Shown in pieces: positions 1 to 12,500 of a stretch of DNA of 43,904 bases. How positions within the stretch are numbered: position 1 is the first letter of the stretch; each line of letters starts with the position of its first letter. Source of the DNA: Octopus bimaculoides (lineage: Eukaryota). The notes under the pieces were generated by a model, which was not told where the DNA came from, made no database searches, and worked only from the letters and a program-made list of their open reading frames with translations. Location of the stretch: positions 75,811,917 to 75,855,820 of the forward strand of contig NC_068989.1 in NCBI RefSeq assembly GCF_001194135.2, in the 5' to 3' direction. Made by a program: the position numbers and the translations under genes.

Positions 1-77
1 CAGCCACACTTAAGTGGCAATATACTACACTTTATCGTGCAGTTACTGTTAATACTTCATTTAGAGAATTAACATTG

Positions 78-164
<87 letters not shown>

Positions 165-567
165 CGCGCGTACGTATTTGTGTGTGTATATGAGTGTGTG
201 ATTTTGTCATTGCGTTTTTGTTTGTCCACCCTGCTTCACTTGACAGGATAAGTACTAGGCCCTATTAAATGCAAGTCCTGCAGTCGATTTGTTCGAGTAA
301 AACCCTTCAAGGTGGTGTCCCAGCAAAGCGGCAGTCAAATAACTGAAACAAGTAAAAATTAAAAGATAAATAATTGTAGAGCGGCCATAATTAATCCATA
401 GGAAGTTTAGAAAAATGTTGAACGAAGTGAGTTGCTATGGGATGTGAACAGATCTAAACTTTCGCGTACTTACTCTTCTTTAGAAGAAGAAAAAATATCT
501 GAAAATAGCCACAAAATTTAGAAGGAGAAACTGAATGAAGAAAATCGGTTGTGAAAAACAGCCTTAC

Positions 568-750
568 TGTTGCAAGTTGGTTCTTCGTCGGTCCAAAATG
601 TTGATTTCAAGCACAACTGAAGTGGATTTCCTTCGATATGATAGCCAGGATCACAGCTATATCTCAATACGCTTCCCACTGTGGTTCCATTGCCGTTTTC
701 AATCACGACTTGACCATTGGTGATGTTAGACCGATCGCTACAACCACTTG
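568..750 (-). CDS. uif: Exon: CCP/sushi 3 (S)[12 protein letters not shown]...[31 protein letters not shown]
   Basis: tttcag acceptor, gtaag donor, 183 nt, phase 1 to 1. Sushi motif. Next exon lies outside the window. Confidence 0.93.
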
Positions 751-3700
751 CTGAAATAATTTGCGTAGACAATTAAAGAACAAAAAATAAAAACGAATAT
801 CTTTGTAAACGTTAATCGTTTACAAAATTTGAGCTCAGAACGTAAGGCCGGAAGAAATGCTGCTAAGTATTAGTCCGGCGTGCTAACGATTCGGTCGGCT
901 CACCGTCTTATATAAAGCTAAAGTAGCACTCTAATTACTCGGGACAGTAAATTGTATCTATACGTACACATTGACTCCAGTGGTTAACTGGTACTTATTT
1001 TATCGACCACGAAAGTATGATAGATAGATTCGACCCTGGTGGTATCTGAACTGACGACGCAAATCGAAAGAAATACTGTTGAGAATTTTTCTCGGTGAGC
1101 TAACAATCCTGCCAGCTCGTCGACTTTGCTGCTTAGTTAACATTGGTTTTAGGTTTTGGCACAAGGCCAGCAATTTCGGGGCAGGAGTTAAGGCGACTAC
1201 ACGGTACTTATTTTATCGAACTCGAAAGGATGAAAGGCAAAGTTGACCTAGGCGGAATTTGAACTCACAACGTAAAGACGGACGAAATGCCGCCAGGAAC
1301 TTTTCCTCGGCGTGCTAACGACTCTGCCAGCTCGCCGCATTTCTGATTAGTTAATATTAAGGCGAGGAAATTGCTAACACATTGTCCAAACGAAGTGACG
1401 GCAAAATTCTTATATCACTGGCCCCATCATTGAATCGTTGATATCATATGGAATCCCATTATGGACATTTTTATAAGAATATAAAAAAGTATTATGAATA
1501 AAAAAATCTTGATTTGAAAGCATAATTCCTTCGCTCTTTATCACTTTTTAATAAGAAATATGTAAAGAAATTTAATAAGAATACTTAACAAAACTGATAA
1601 AGAACAATAAAAATTAAATCATATATGGTTATAGTCGGAAAATTTTATGTTTTTATCGACCCCTTGGATACCGCATAGAATCTCCCGGGGCTCTGTGAAC
1701 ACTGTAAAGGTTGTGAGATGGACAGCTGCTCCGGAGACTAAAAAGATGTGACAAACACGGCAGGCGTTCTGACTGCTTCTGCACGCCGGAGTTAATCCTC
1801 ACATCTTTGAACAGGGCCTTAGGCTCAATTCAGACACTATGTTAAGCTGCTGGAGACTGTGATCAAAATCTGGCTGCAGAGAGAAGCTGCCGGAGGGCCA
1901 TGTGTGTAGCAGCAGGATTCGGTTGTTGCTATACCTCCAGAATGAGTCAGAAGTGATTGATGGAGAATTTTTTACAACTTCACCAGACAATTTCTGACCT
2001 CCTAACCCAACCGGTTATTATCCAATGGATCATTATATGTGCAGCGCAGATGAGAAATACACCAACCGCTCTACCTGAGTCAGTAAGGCCGAGCTGGTGG
2101 CCAAAATGAAGGAGGTGTTTAATGATCTTCCCAAAGACACAGTGAAGAAAGCACGCCCCAATTTCCGGAGCTGCCTTGAAGCCATGGTAGGAGCTGAGGG
2201 AGAATATTTTGAGTAAACTGTTATCTCTCTCCCAGCCATAATCCAATTGATATTTTTTATATTTTTCAGAATACTTTTATTCCTGGATGAGATATCGTAT
2301 TTCGTTTTCCTTTTACGAGACCTATCAAGTTTAGCCCCAACATCGTGTATATAGAAACAAGAATAAAGAGAAACTAGATATCTAAGCATATTTGCCAATT
2401 CAAAAGAATCATAGTCAAAATAAGGCAAACGTTGGTACTGTAGGAAAAAAAAAGCTGGTGATACTCGAAACAAATTTTTCTGGAACTTACAAATGCAAGA
2501 CGGTGAAGTCTCCCAGGTTCCATTGGAAGTACACATAATGGTTTTATTTTCACTGATAACATAACCAGGGTAACAAGAATACGTCACTGTATCTCCAACC
2601 ATTGCACCAGTAGCGTTGAAAACAAAACCATTCTTAATGTATTTCGCTGGTCCACAATAGTTTTCTAAAATTAGAAACAAAAGTAATGATATATAAATTT
2701 TAATAGTACGTTAAATAGTTAATATGAACTAGAGAAAGAGGAGCAGCGGAGAGCCAGTGGGAGAGACAGATAGTTAAATAGATAAACAAATATTGCTTCA
2801 CCACACACCGAAAATTAGAAATAGCAGCCAAAACTGCAAAATAGCCGTTTTGGCTGCTATTTCTAATTTTCGGTGTGTGGTGAAGCAATACTTGCTGAAC
2901 CCTAAATTTTAAATTGTGTTTATATATTTACCGATAATGGTTTTTAACACACCGACCTACTTGGTAAAATTACAAATTATCAATTAATTATTAATTTTTA
3001 CCCTATGTCTGTATAAATAAACAAATAGATAGAGAATGAGAGAGAGAGAGAGGGAAAAGAGGGAGAGAAAGATTGAGAGACTCAGAGCCAAATACTGTGA
3101 AGTTATCAACTTTACTCCATAGCTATGTCTGAGTCTATAAGAAACCTTTTCTTTTGTTGGGGCTTTTCCCACCAGTTTGATTAAAACAATAAATAAAAAT
3201 AAAAAATACAATAAAATCCAACACACTCATAGAATTAATACTTACTCAAACATTTTGGGATTTTTTGGACACTCCATTTCCCACCTTCTTGACACTCAAG
3301 CAAGATAGAGTTATTTCCCACAAATTTTTCATCCCGGAACCCATAGCCATTAACACAGCTAATGGTTACTTGAGAATCTTGATGCCATATATTTAAGGGT
3401 GGCTGAGCAGTTGTGAACTGGTTCAGATGCAAGGCAGGACAATCTGAAATGGAAAAAATGTTCTTTATACATACATAACAATACATACATGCATATATAA
3501 ATATAGATACATATATACATACATATACGTGCATACATGCATATGTACATACATACATATAGTTGATTTGGGCAGCCAGCGAGTAACAGCAATTCAGCAA
3601 TTTGTTGTGCGTAGATCAAAATATAAGTAGATAAGAATCACTCAAATATAAAGGTGAAGCAAGAAAGAGGAAAGTACAAGGAGACAAGCGAAACGCGCGA

Positions 3701-6191
3701 GTGAAAAACCGTAGAAAGATAAAGCGAAAAAAGAATAACCAAAGAAGTGTCCAATGAAAAAAAATATGCCAGTGAAACAGAACAGAATTTAATATTTTGT
3801 GTGATACTGGTTATGAATGAAAAGACATAATACTTGGTGGATTGACTATAAAAGGTATCATATATCTATACTCGGCAGCACCTTGTTTATTTGTTCCTTT
3901 ATTTGTTTGTTTGTTTATTTCTTTCTTCCCCCACCTCTCTCTCTCTTCCAACGACATAAACTTCTTCACATTTCTCTTTTCCCGTACTAAATGTACTCAT
4001 ATGCTTGGATACATGAATGGTTATACGCTTCTAATCCTATGCTCACAAACACATACGCACACACAGACACGTATGTATGTATATACATACGTATATGTGT
4101 ATATATGTATATATATATATATGTTTGTGTATAGATACATTTATATATATGTGTGAACGTTTGTGTGTATATACGTATGTGTATATATATGCATGTTTGT
4201 GTGCATCTGTGCGTGTGCACGTGCGTGTGAGAGTATGATATACGTGTGTTATACGCAGGTATTTATCCGATNNNNNNNNNNNNNNNNNNNNNNNNNNNNN
4301 NNNNNNNNNNNNNNNNNNNNNNNNNNNNNNNNNNNNNNNNNNNNNNNNNNNNNNNNNNNNNNNNNNNNNNNNNNNNNNNNNNNNNNNNNNNNNNNNNNNN
4401 NNNNNNNNNNNNNNNNNNNNNNNNNNNNNNNNNNNNNNNNNNNNNNNNNNNNNNNNNNNNNNNNNNNNNNNNNNNNNNNNNNNNNNNNNNNNNNNNNNNN
4501 NNNNNNNNNNNNNNNNNNNNNNNNNNNNNNNNNNNNNNNNNNNNNNNNNNNNNNNNNNNNNNNNNNNNNNNNNNNNNNNNNNNNNNNNNNNNNNNNNNNN
4601 NNNNNNNNNNNNNNNNNNNNNNNNNNNNNNNNNNNNNNNNNNNNNNNNNNNNNNNNNNNNNNNNNNNNNNNNNNNNNNNNNNNNNNNNNNNNNNNNNNNN
4701 NNNNNNNNNNNNNNNNNNNNNNNNNNNNNNNNNNNNNNNNNNNNNNNNNNNNNNNNNNNNNNNNNNNNNNNNNNNNNNNNNNNNNNNNNNNNNNNNNNNN
4801 NNNNNNNNNNNNNNNNNNNNNNNNNNNNNNNNNNNNNNNNNNNNNNNNNNNNNNNNNNNNNNNNNNNNNNNNNNNNNNNNNNNNNNNNNNNNNNNNNNNN
4901 NNNNNNNNNNNNNNNNNNNNNNNNNNNNNNNNNNNNNNNNNNNNNNNNNNNNNNNNNNNNNNNNNNNNNNNNNNNNNNNNNNNNNNNNNNNNNNNNNNNN
5001 NNNNNNNNNNNNNNNNNNNNNNNNNNNNNNNNNNNNNNNNNNNNNNNNNATACACTCATACATACATACATGCATACATACATACACTCATACATACATA
5101 TATACATACATATATACATACATGCATGCATACATACATACATACATGCATATATATATACATACATTCATACATACATACATACATACACACATACATA
5201 CATACACGCATACATACATACACACATACATACATACACTCATATATACATACATACATACATACACTCATACATACATACATACATACATACATACATA
5301 CATACATACATACACTCATACATACATACATACATGCACTCATACATATATACATACATACATACATACACACATACATATATACATACATACATACACA
5401 CATACATGTATACATACATATGTGTGTCTGAAAATTACAATATAATGCTAAATCGGGTTATAATGTTATTCCTTACCCACTGAATATTTAGCTTTAAAGC
5501 CTTTTTTATTCTTGATGCTGTTGGTAGTGAAGGAGACGTTTACCTGTCCATCAGGTACCTCTATATCTGCTACATTGACTGCATTTACTTCCACGATTTG
5601 ACTGCCGTTATTATATTTCACCTGAAAGTGGGGAAAGTTGCAAAAGTAGAAAATATTTTATTTGTTCTTTATAGAAACATACATATATGGAAGCACGCAC
5701 GTACGCACACTCACACACACGCACACATGTTTTACTTATTCTTTTACACGTTTCAGTTATTGGACGGCGACCGTGTTGGGATAGTGTCTTGAAAGGTATT
5801 TTATAGAGTAAATTGGCCCCGGTACTTATTTTTATAGTCTGGTACTTGATCTATTGGTCTCTTTTGCCGAACCATAAGTTAAAAGGACATAAATAAACTG
5901 ACACCGGTACGAACCTCGGAAAATGTGGAACGCGTCAGACAAGCTTTGATACAGAATTCGATACAGACAATAATGGAAATGCTGATTTTGTGAACTCCGA
6001 GCGTTACATCTAGATGATAAACAACTTCCTTGTGCCTAAATTACGATGAAAACGTATGCTTATTCGACGTGTGTGGTTTCAGCAGGATGGGGCGACGGCC
6101 TTCAAAGTCAGAGCATCAGCAGACGTTCTTCACCCTCTCTTTGGTGACAACTTCATTTCCAGGTTTGCTGACATTCGTTGGCCCCCTCGGT

Positions 6192-6222
<31 letters not shown>

Positions 6223-7365
6223 NNNNNNNNNNNNNNNNNNNNNNNNNNNNNNNNNNNNNNNNNNNNNNNNNNNNNNNNNNNNNNNNNNNNNNNNNNNNNN
6301 NNNNNNNNNNNNNNNNNNNNNNNNNNNNNNNNNNNNNNNNNNNNNNNNNNNNNNNNNNNNNNNNNNNNNNNNNNNNNNNNNNNNNNNNNNNNNNNNNNNN
6401 NNNNNNNNNNNNNNNNNNNNNNNNNNNNNNNNNNNNNNNNNNNNNNNNNNNNNNNNNNNNNNNNNNNNNNNNNNNNNNNNNNNNNNNNNNNNNNNNNNNN
6501 NNNNNNNNNNNNNNNNNNNNNNNNNNNNNNNNNNNNNNNNNNNNNNNNNNNNNNNNNNNNNNNNNNNNNNNNNNNNNNNNNNNNNNNNNNNNNNNNNNNN
6601 NNNNNNNNNNNNNNNNNNNNNNNNNNNNNNNNNNNNNNNNNNNNNNNNNNNNNNNNNNNNNNNNNNNNNNNNNNNNNNNNNNNNNNNNNNNNNNNNNNNN
6701 NNNNNNNNNNNNNNNNNNNNNNNNNNNNNNNNNNNNNNNNNNNNNNNNNNNNNNNNNNNNNNNNNNNNNNNNNNNNNNNNNNNNNNNNNNNNNNNNNNNN
6801 NNNNNNNNNNNNATATATATATATATATATATAATTTAATAGTATTTTAGAATGTCTAATGGAATTAGAAATTATTTTTATGCATTTGTGTACATTTAAA
6901 CTAATTAAATATTATTTTACAGAATAATAGAATTAAAATTTCTTTCATTAAAATCCTTTCTGAAATAGAAGTATCCAAAGAGCATTTTTGAGGTACATAA
7001 TGCTTTATGAGTACAAAAAAGGAAACTCTGCAGCCGAGGTGACTCGAAACATACACTCAGTTTATGGGAAAGAATGTTTGAATGAAAGAACTTTCAGAAG
7101 ATGGTTTGCAAAATTCAGAAGTGGAGATTTCAGCCTTGAACATGAAGATGAGTTTGATGATAAGCGTTTTGAGGCATTACTTGAAGAAAATACTGCATTA
7201 TCAGTTGATAATGAATTGTCCGAAGGCAACTGCAAATCCTGAGTTAACATCTGCTCTTCTCTCCATTCTCGCGAACTCATTTCACCCTTTTTGGATAGAC
7301 TTGTGACTGGTGACGAAAAATGGATCTTCTATCGAAATATACATATATATATATCAGGGATGACT

Positions 7366-7396
<31 letters not shown>

Positions 7397-9487
7397 NNNN
7401 NNNNNNNNNNNNNNNNNNNNNNNNNNNNNNNNNNNNNNNNNNNNNNNNNNNNNNNNNNNNNNNNNNNNNNNNNNNNNNNNNNNNNNNNNNNNNNNNNNNN
7501 NNNNNNNNNNNNNNNNNNNNNNGCTCAAAACAGTTTGATTCAAATTCGTTGGTACTCCGAGTTTCAAGCGTGATGCTAGTCTTCAGTTATTTTGAATTTG
7601 AATGAAAGAAGTTAATTGTTACTACCATAAGGTGAGCTGCAATTGTTCGAGGAAGGTCATACGGTGTCGTGGTTTGATGTTGGTATATCGGTAATACCAA
7701 CGACAACAATTAGTTGGAAAATACTGCATGGTGAGCAGGAAATCGACCGCGTGGTGGACAGGAAACCGGTCGGGTTGTTGGAGGGGAAGTAGGAAGAAGC
7801 GGTATGTGCAAGTACATAGTTGTAAATGCGGGTGTGTGGACGCGCCCCTCTGGTTTTGCGTCCATGTCGCGCACGTCCTCCGCCGCATATATGAACGAAC
7901 ATGTGCGGGCGCACACACACACACACACACACATGCGTACACACACACATGCATACACATGCATGCGCATGCACACACACGCACATACGCACACACATTC
8001 ATAAGAATCGATCTCAATACTGGACCAATTATTTATCGAAACCGGAAAGAATGAAAAGTAAAATTGGCCCTGGTTGGATTTGAGCTAAAAGCAGAAAGAA
8101 CCAGACCAAAAACGGCAAATTATTGAATTATTCAATGAGTTCACATTCAGGAAAAGCTTGGTTATGAGAATAGGAAATGAATCCGTTCAAAATGTAATGC
8201 AGATATGGACGAGATTAATGATCCGAGAAATTATTATCGGATTTACAGCAATAATTCCGCTTACATATTTTAAGCATTTAATGTTATATTTTGTAGTATA
8301 TGACTGACAAGAAATATATAGTTACTTACAAGTAATGTGTCATCGTCTGACTTATATATAAATTTGAGGATGAGACCTCTTGACGCTTCGGAAGCGATGG
8401 TCCATTGACAAGAAACTGAGTTAGGAAAGTTTATACCTGCATAAAAGCCAGGAGATACGATTTCACCAGATAAAGCATTATTAGTTATGGTGTTGCAGCC
8501 TAGAACGAAAAAAAAAACACATTAATGATGAATAAAATTAGTTGACGCAGTTAACACCTATCGTATAAATAAAATGTCTATTTTATATTTGACTTCAACG
8601 CATCAAAGAAATAACAAAAGGGATTCTCAGGTAAGTAGAAAATGTATTTAAAAGATTACAAAAACACATAATTATCGTTAGAATACTTGAAATTAAAAGT
8701 TTTCGGGCATCAAGATGGTCTGATTCTGGTAATTCTAATGAACATTTAGAAAGCTTTATTGGTCAAATGTTTGAATTGTAGTGCCAATTAATCAGCATCA
8801 CAAGAGGAGTAGCCATTGACATGTCGTAATTGTTCAATTGTAAACTCAGATTAGAAGCGAAATGTAAACAAGAGCACTTAGACAAGGCAACACCAATGTA
8901 TTCTCAACGATTAGCCGGAGATGATTTTTAAAATGAGAATGTCTGAAATAAACTTGATTGCTCTCACAAATAAGAATACTAAAAATGAACCAGATTGCTC
9001 TCAAAAATTAAGTAAAAATCCGGAAAAATAATCCAAAATCCTTGTCCAGTACCAGATCGATCCTAAAATCTAATCAGTTCGTGCCAGTCATGCGGCCAAA
9101 CATTCCTGAAAGTTTCATCCGAATCCATCAAGCGGTTCTTGAGATATCTTGCCCACGGACAAACAAACAAGCGCGACTGAAAACAATACTTCCGCCTTCG
9201 CTAAGGCGGAGGTAATAATGTGCTTTAGAAAATTACTCATGTTGTCATAAAATCTTGAGATTCTCTATCTTTATGTATGTATGTATGTATGTATGTATGT
9301 ATGTATTATGAAGAGGCCTGGATAGTTGAGTGTCATTTTATTTGCGTTTTTGATTATGGTTGAATAAAGGTTTATTACTGTCAGCTATGTAATTTTGAAT
9401 TTCAGTAAGGTAATATTAATTCGTTTAAAAACAAACGTCTGTCTGTCTAACCGATGTTGATTATTCATTCTTCAAGTTCCTTACGAG

Positions 9488-9524
<37 letters not shown>

Positions 9525-12500
9525 GCGCGCGCGTGATTTAATTTAGTTTCAAGATACATCTTGCGGTTATTTTGGGATGCATCGTCAGTGATGTTTCTAG
9601 GATCTCAGGGGTCTCGGTTCTGTTAACGTCAGATCCGTTGCATTTTGGCATTTTGGCATTACTCTATTTTGGCAGCTGATTGAACTGAAGGAACGTGAAA
9701 TGAAGTGTTTTACACAAGAACACAACACGTGGCCTGGCGCAAGAACCGAAACTACACCCTTACGATCATGAGTCCAACACCCTAACTACTAAGCCATGTG
9801 TCTACACACACAAACACATGCGCGCGCGCGTGTATATATATGCATAGCGTGAGAGAGGGAGAAAGAGAGATAAAACAAGTTGACTGTGACTTCGTCATCA
9901 GGCTTACATCGATAAATGTAACACTCGACTGTTTTTATATACAAATTTGCATATAAACAACAAACATTAATACACACTCACACCCAAATAAACATACACA
10001 CACGCATACATATATAGATATATATAGGCGCAGGAGTGGCTGTGTGGTAAGTAGCTTGCCAACCAACTACATGGCACAGCGTTCAGTTCCACTGCGTGGC
10101 ACCTTGGGAAAGTGTCTTCTACTATAGCCTCGAGCCGACCAAAGCCTTGTGAGTGGATTTGGTAGACGGAAACTGAAAGAAGCCCGTCGTATATATGTAT
10201 ATATATGTATGTGTGTTTGTGCGTCTGTGTTTGTCCGCTCCACCATCGCTTGACAACCGATGCTGGTGTGTTTACGTCCCCGTAACTTAGCGGTTCGGCG
10301 AAAGAGACAGATAGAATAAGTACTAGGCTTACAAAGAATAAGTCCTGGGGTCGATTTGTTCGACTAAAGGCAGTGCTCCAGCATGGCCGCAGTCAAATGA
10401 CTGAAACAAGTGAAAGAGTAAAAGAGAGAAATATTTAGGTACTGGGTCTTACCTTGTTTGTATAAAAACTTTACGTTGACTTTTGAGTCAATTCCCCGTG
10501 TTTTTAAAAGGATGTGAAGTTTTGGTCCAGTCGACATGATTATATCAGGTCCATCAGTGCCAAAGTCAGTGAGTTTATATTGACCAATAATAGGAGATTC
10601 GACACTATCTCCGTCATACACAATAACTTCGTCTTTGTCGTGAAGTACCATGCCTTGTTTCTGTGACAATATAAAAGCAATTTGAATCCACACAACAGTA
10701 TATTTGATAATTATAGAGAATATAGCATCAAACGAGAAATGAAGAAAGTGAAATGCTGTTGGGATTAATGAAAATTAACAGAGACAAACATAAAAGGGAA
10801 ATAACTTGAGGGAGATTTTGTCGACTAATTACAAGGATAATCACAGGTCAGTGAAGTTTGGTATGCAGAATCTTCTCTATGCTGTTTTCCCCTCAGTCCT
10901 ATTATTCTAACTAATGTCCTATTATTCTAACTAATGTTACATAACTAATGTTACTACCTTCTATTTCTCAAATAAACAGAAACAGGTCCCACCTTCAAAT
11001 GTTAGCGAAATTTCCGACTCCACCCCAACAAATTTATTAATGAAAATACAAAATATTTTGTGACCAAATAATCCTTATTTCTTCAGTATAGTGTTGGAAA
11101 ATTCACAAAGTCGAAAGCCATTTTGATTATATTATGCCAGACAGTTTTTGCGCTTTTTTTCGTTTTTTCAGTTTTCTCAGGCTTTCACCTACGAGAAACG
11201 ATAAATTGCTGGGGTGAACAAGCTTCTATGAGGAAATCGAATAAAATGGAATGGGATGAAAGTACTATTGAGGAAATGTTGATACTAATACGTTAGCCGT
11301 ATCTTGTATGATATACAAACAAGCTTATGAAACTGAACTAGTAAAGGGAAAGATCATCGTACATCGAAACATCTCTGTTGTTTTCATCAGTTTGTTTTAA
11401 ACAACGGGTCCGTTGCTATTTGCATAGATTTTGTTTTCCATAAATTCCGCTTGTTTGACATAGCTGGAATAATTTCCCTTGCCTGTGGTTTTTTTTAATT
11501 CTAAACATCCCTTGAAGGTGGTTTCGTTTTCTAATTGTTGATATAATCTCAGCGATTCGAATTTTTTTCAAGCCACCATGTTAGATATGTGAAACTTTAT
11601 TATTTACCGAGTAAAAAAACAGAAAGCAAAGTAAATAAAAACAATGAAATATAAAAGGAAAATAAAAAAAAAACTAACATGGTTGTGTTTTGAGAACGAT
11701 CAGGAAAAGTAGAAAGTAGATATAAAGGCACAAATTTGCAAGCAATATTCCCAACGAAATTGTACTCCAGAAAATTTCGTGCAAACTGGGTAAGAAAAAT
11801 AAGGTACATAACTCACTATTAGGCTGACTATTTCTCTTCTATGTTTTGTTGTTATTGTCCATGTGTTATGTAGAAGATTCTTATTATCATTGAAGCTGAG
11901 TATTTGTTCATTTTCAGTGGCCGTTAACATAGAGTGTGAGTAGCCAGTGGGAACTAAAAATTAAAATAAAAGATCAGAAGAAAACAAAACTCACTGTAAT
12001 ATGTATATTGTTTAAATAAACAAACAACCACCGTTTCGATGTCAAAATTTCGTCTGACGTCTACTGATTACGCCGAGAATCGGTAGACATCACTAAGGCA
12101 TTATAATAATTGATTCTGACAGGTACAGGGCGAATGATTTTCGCCTTGTACCTCAATTTTTGGGGAAAGGAGTTACTTGGTTGGTACTTAATTTTATCGA
12201 TCCCGAAGGGAATGGAAAGCAAAATCGACCTAGGTGGTATTTGATCACAGAATGTAAATAACAGAAAGAAATAACTCTACTAGCTCGCTTATTTAAGGCA
12301 TAAAAGGCATAAAAGTATCGAGAAAAGCGGCGAACTGGCAGAATCGTTAGCAAGTCGGGGGAAAAAGCTTAGAGGTGTTTCCCTCATCTTTACGTTCTGA
12401 GTTCAAATTCCAGCCAGGTTGACTTTGCTTTTAATCCTTACCGGATCAATAAAATAAGTTCCAATTGAACACTGGGAACGATGTAATCAACTTATTCCTA

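Noticed and set aside
2033-2490. C-terminal extension of the 215-aa ORF beyond the sushi domain
   Set aside because: Read-through past a strong gtaag donor into intron and the antisense strand of a mariner relic.
3987-7567. Long ORFs of 200-420 aa in the track
   Set aside because: They consist of N-gap X runs and (TACA)n/(TA)n translations (HTYI, MYVC). Not coding.
7622-8083. Cluster of overlapping 60-130-aa ORFs in a GC-richer patch
   Set aside because: Partly (CA)n-derived with no recognisable domain or splice pattern. Probably a repeat fragment I cannot classify.
9870-12060. Other CTGATGA/CAGACGA matches on the minus strand (about 9900, 11390, 12055)
   Set aside because: They lack a correctly spaced GAAA-stem III-UH and stem I. 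Expected by chance in AT-rich DNA.
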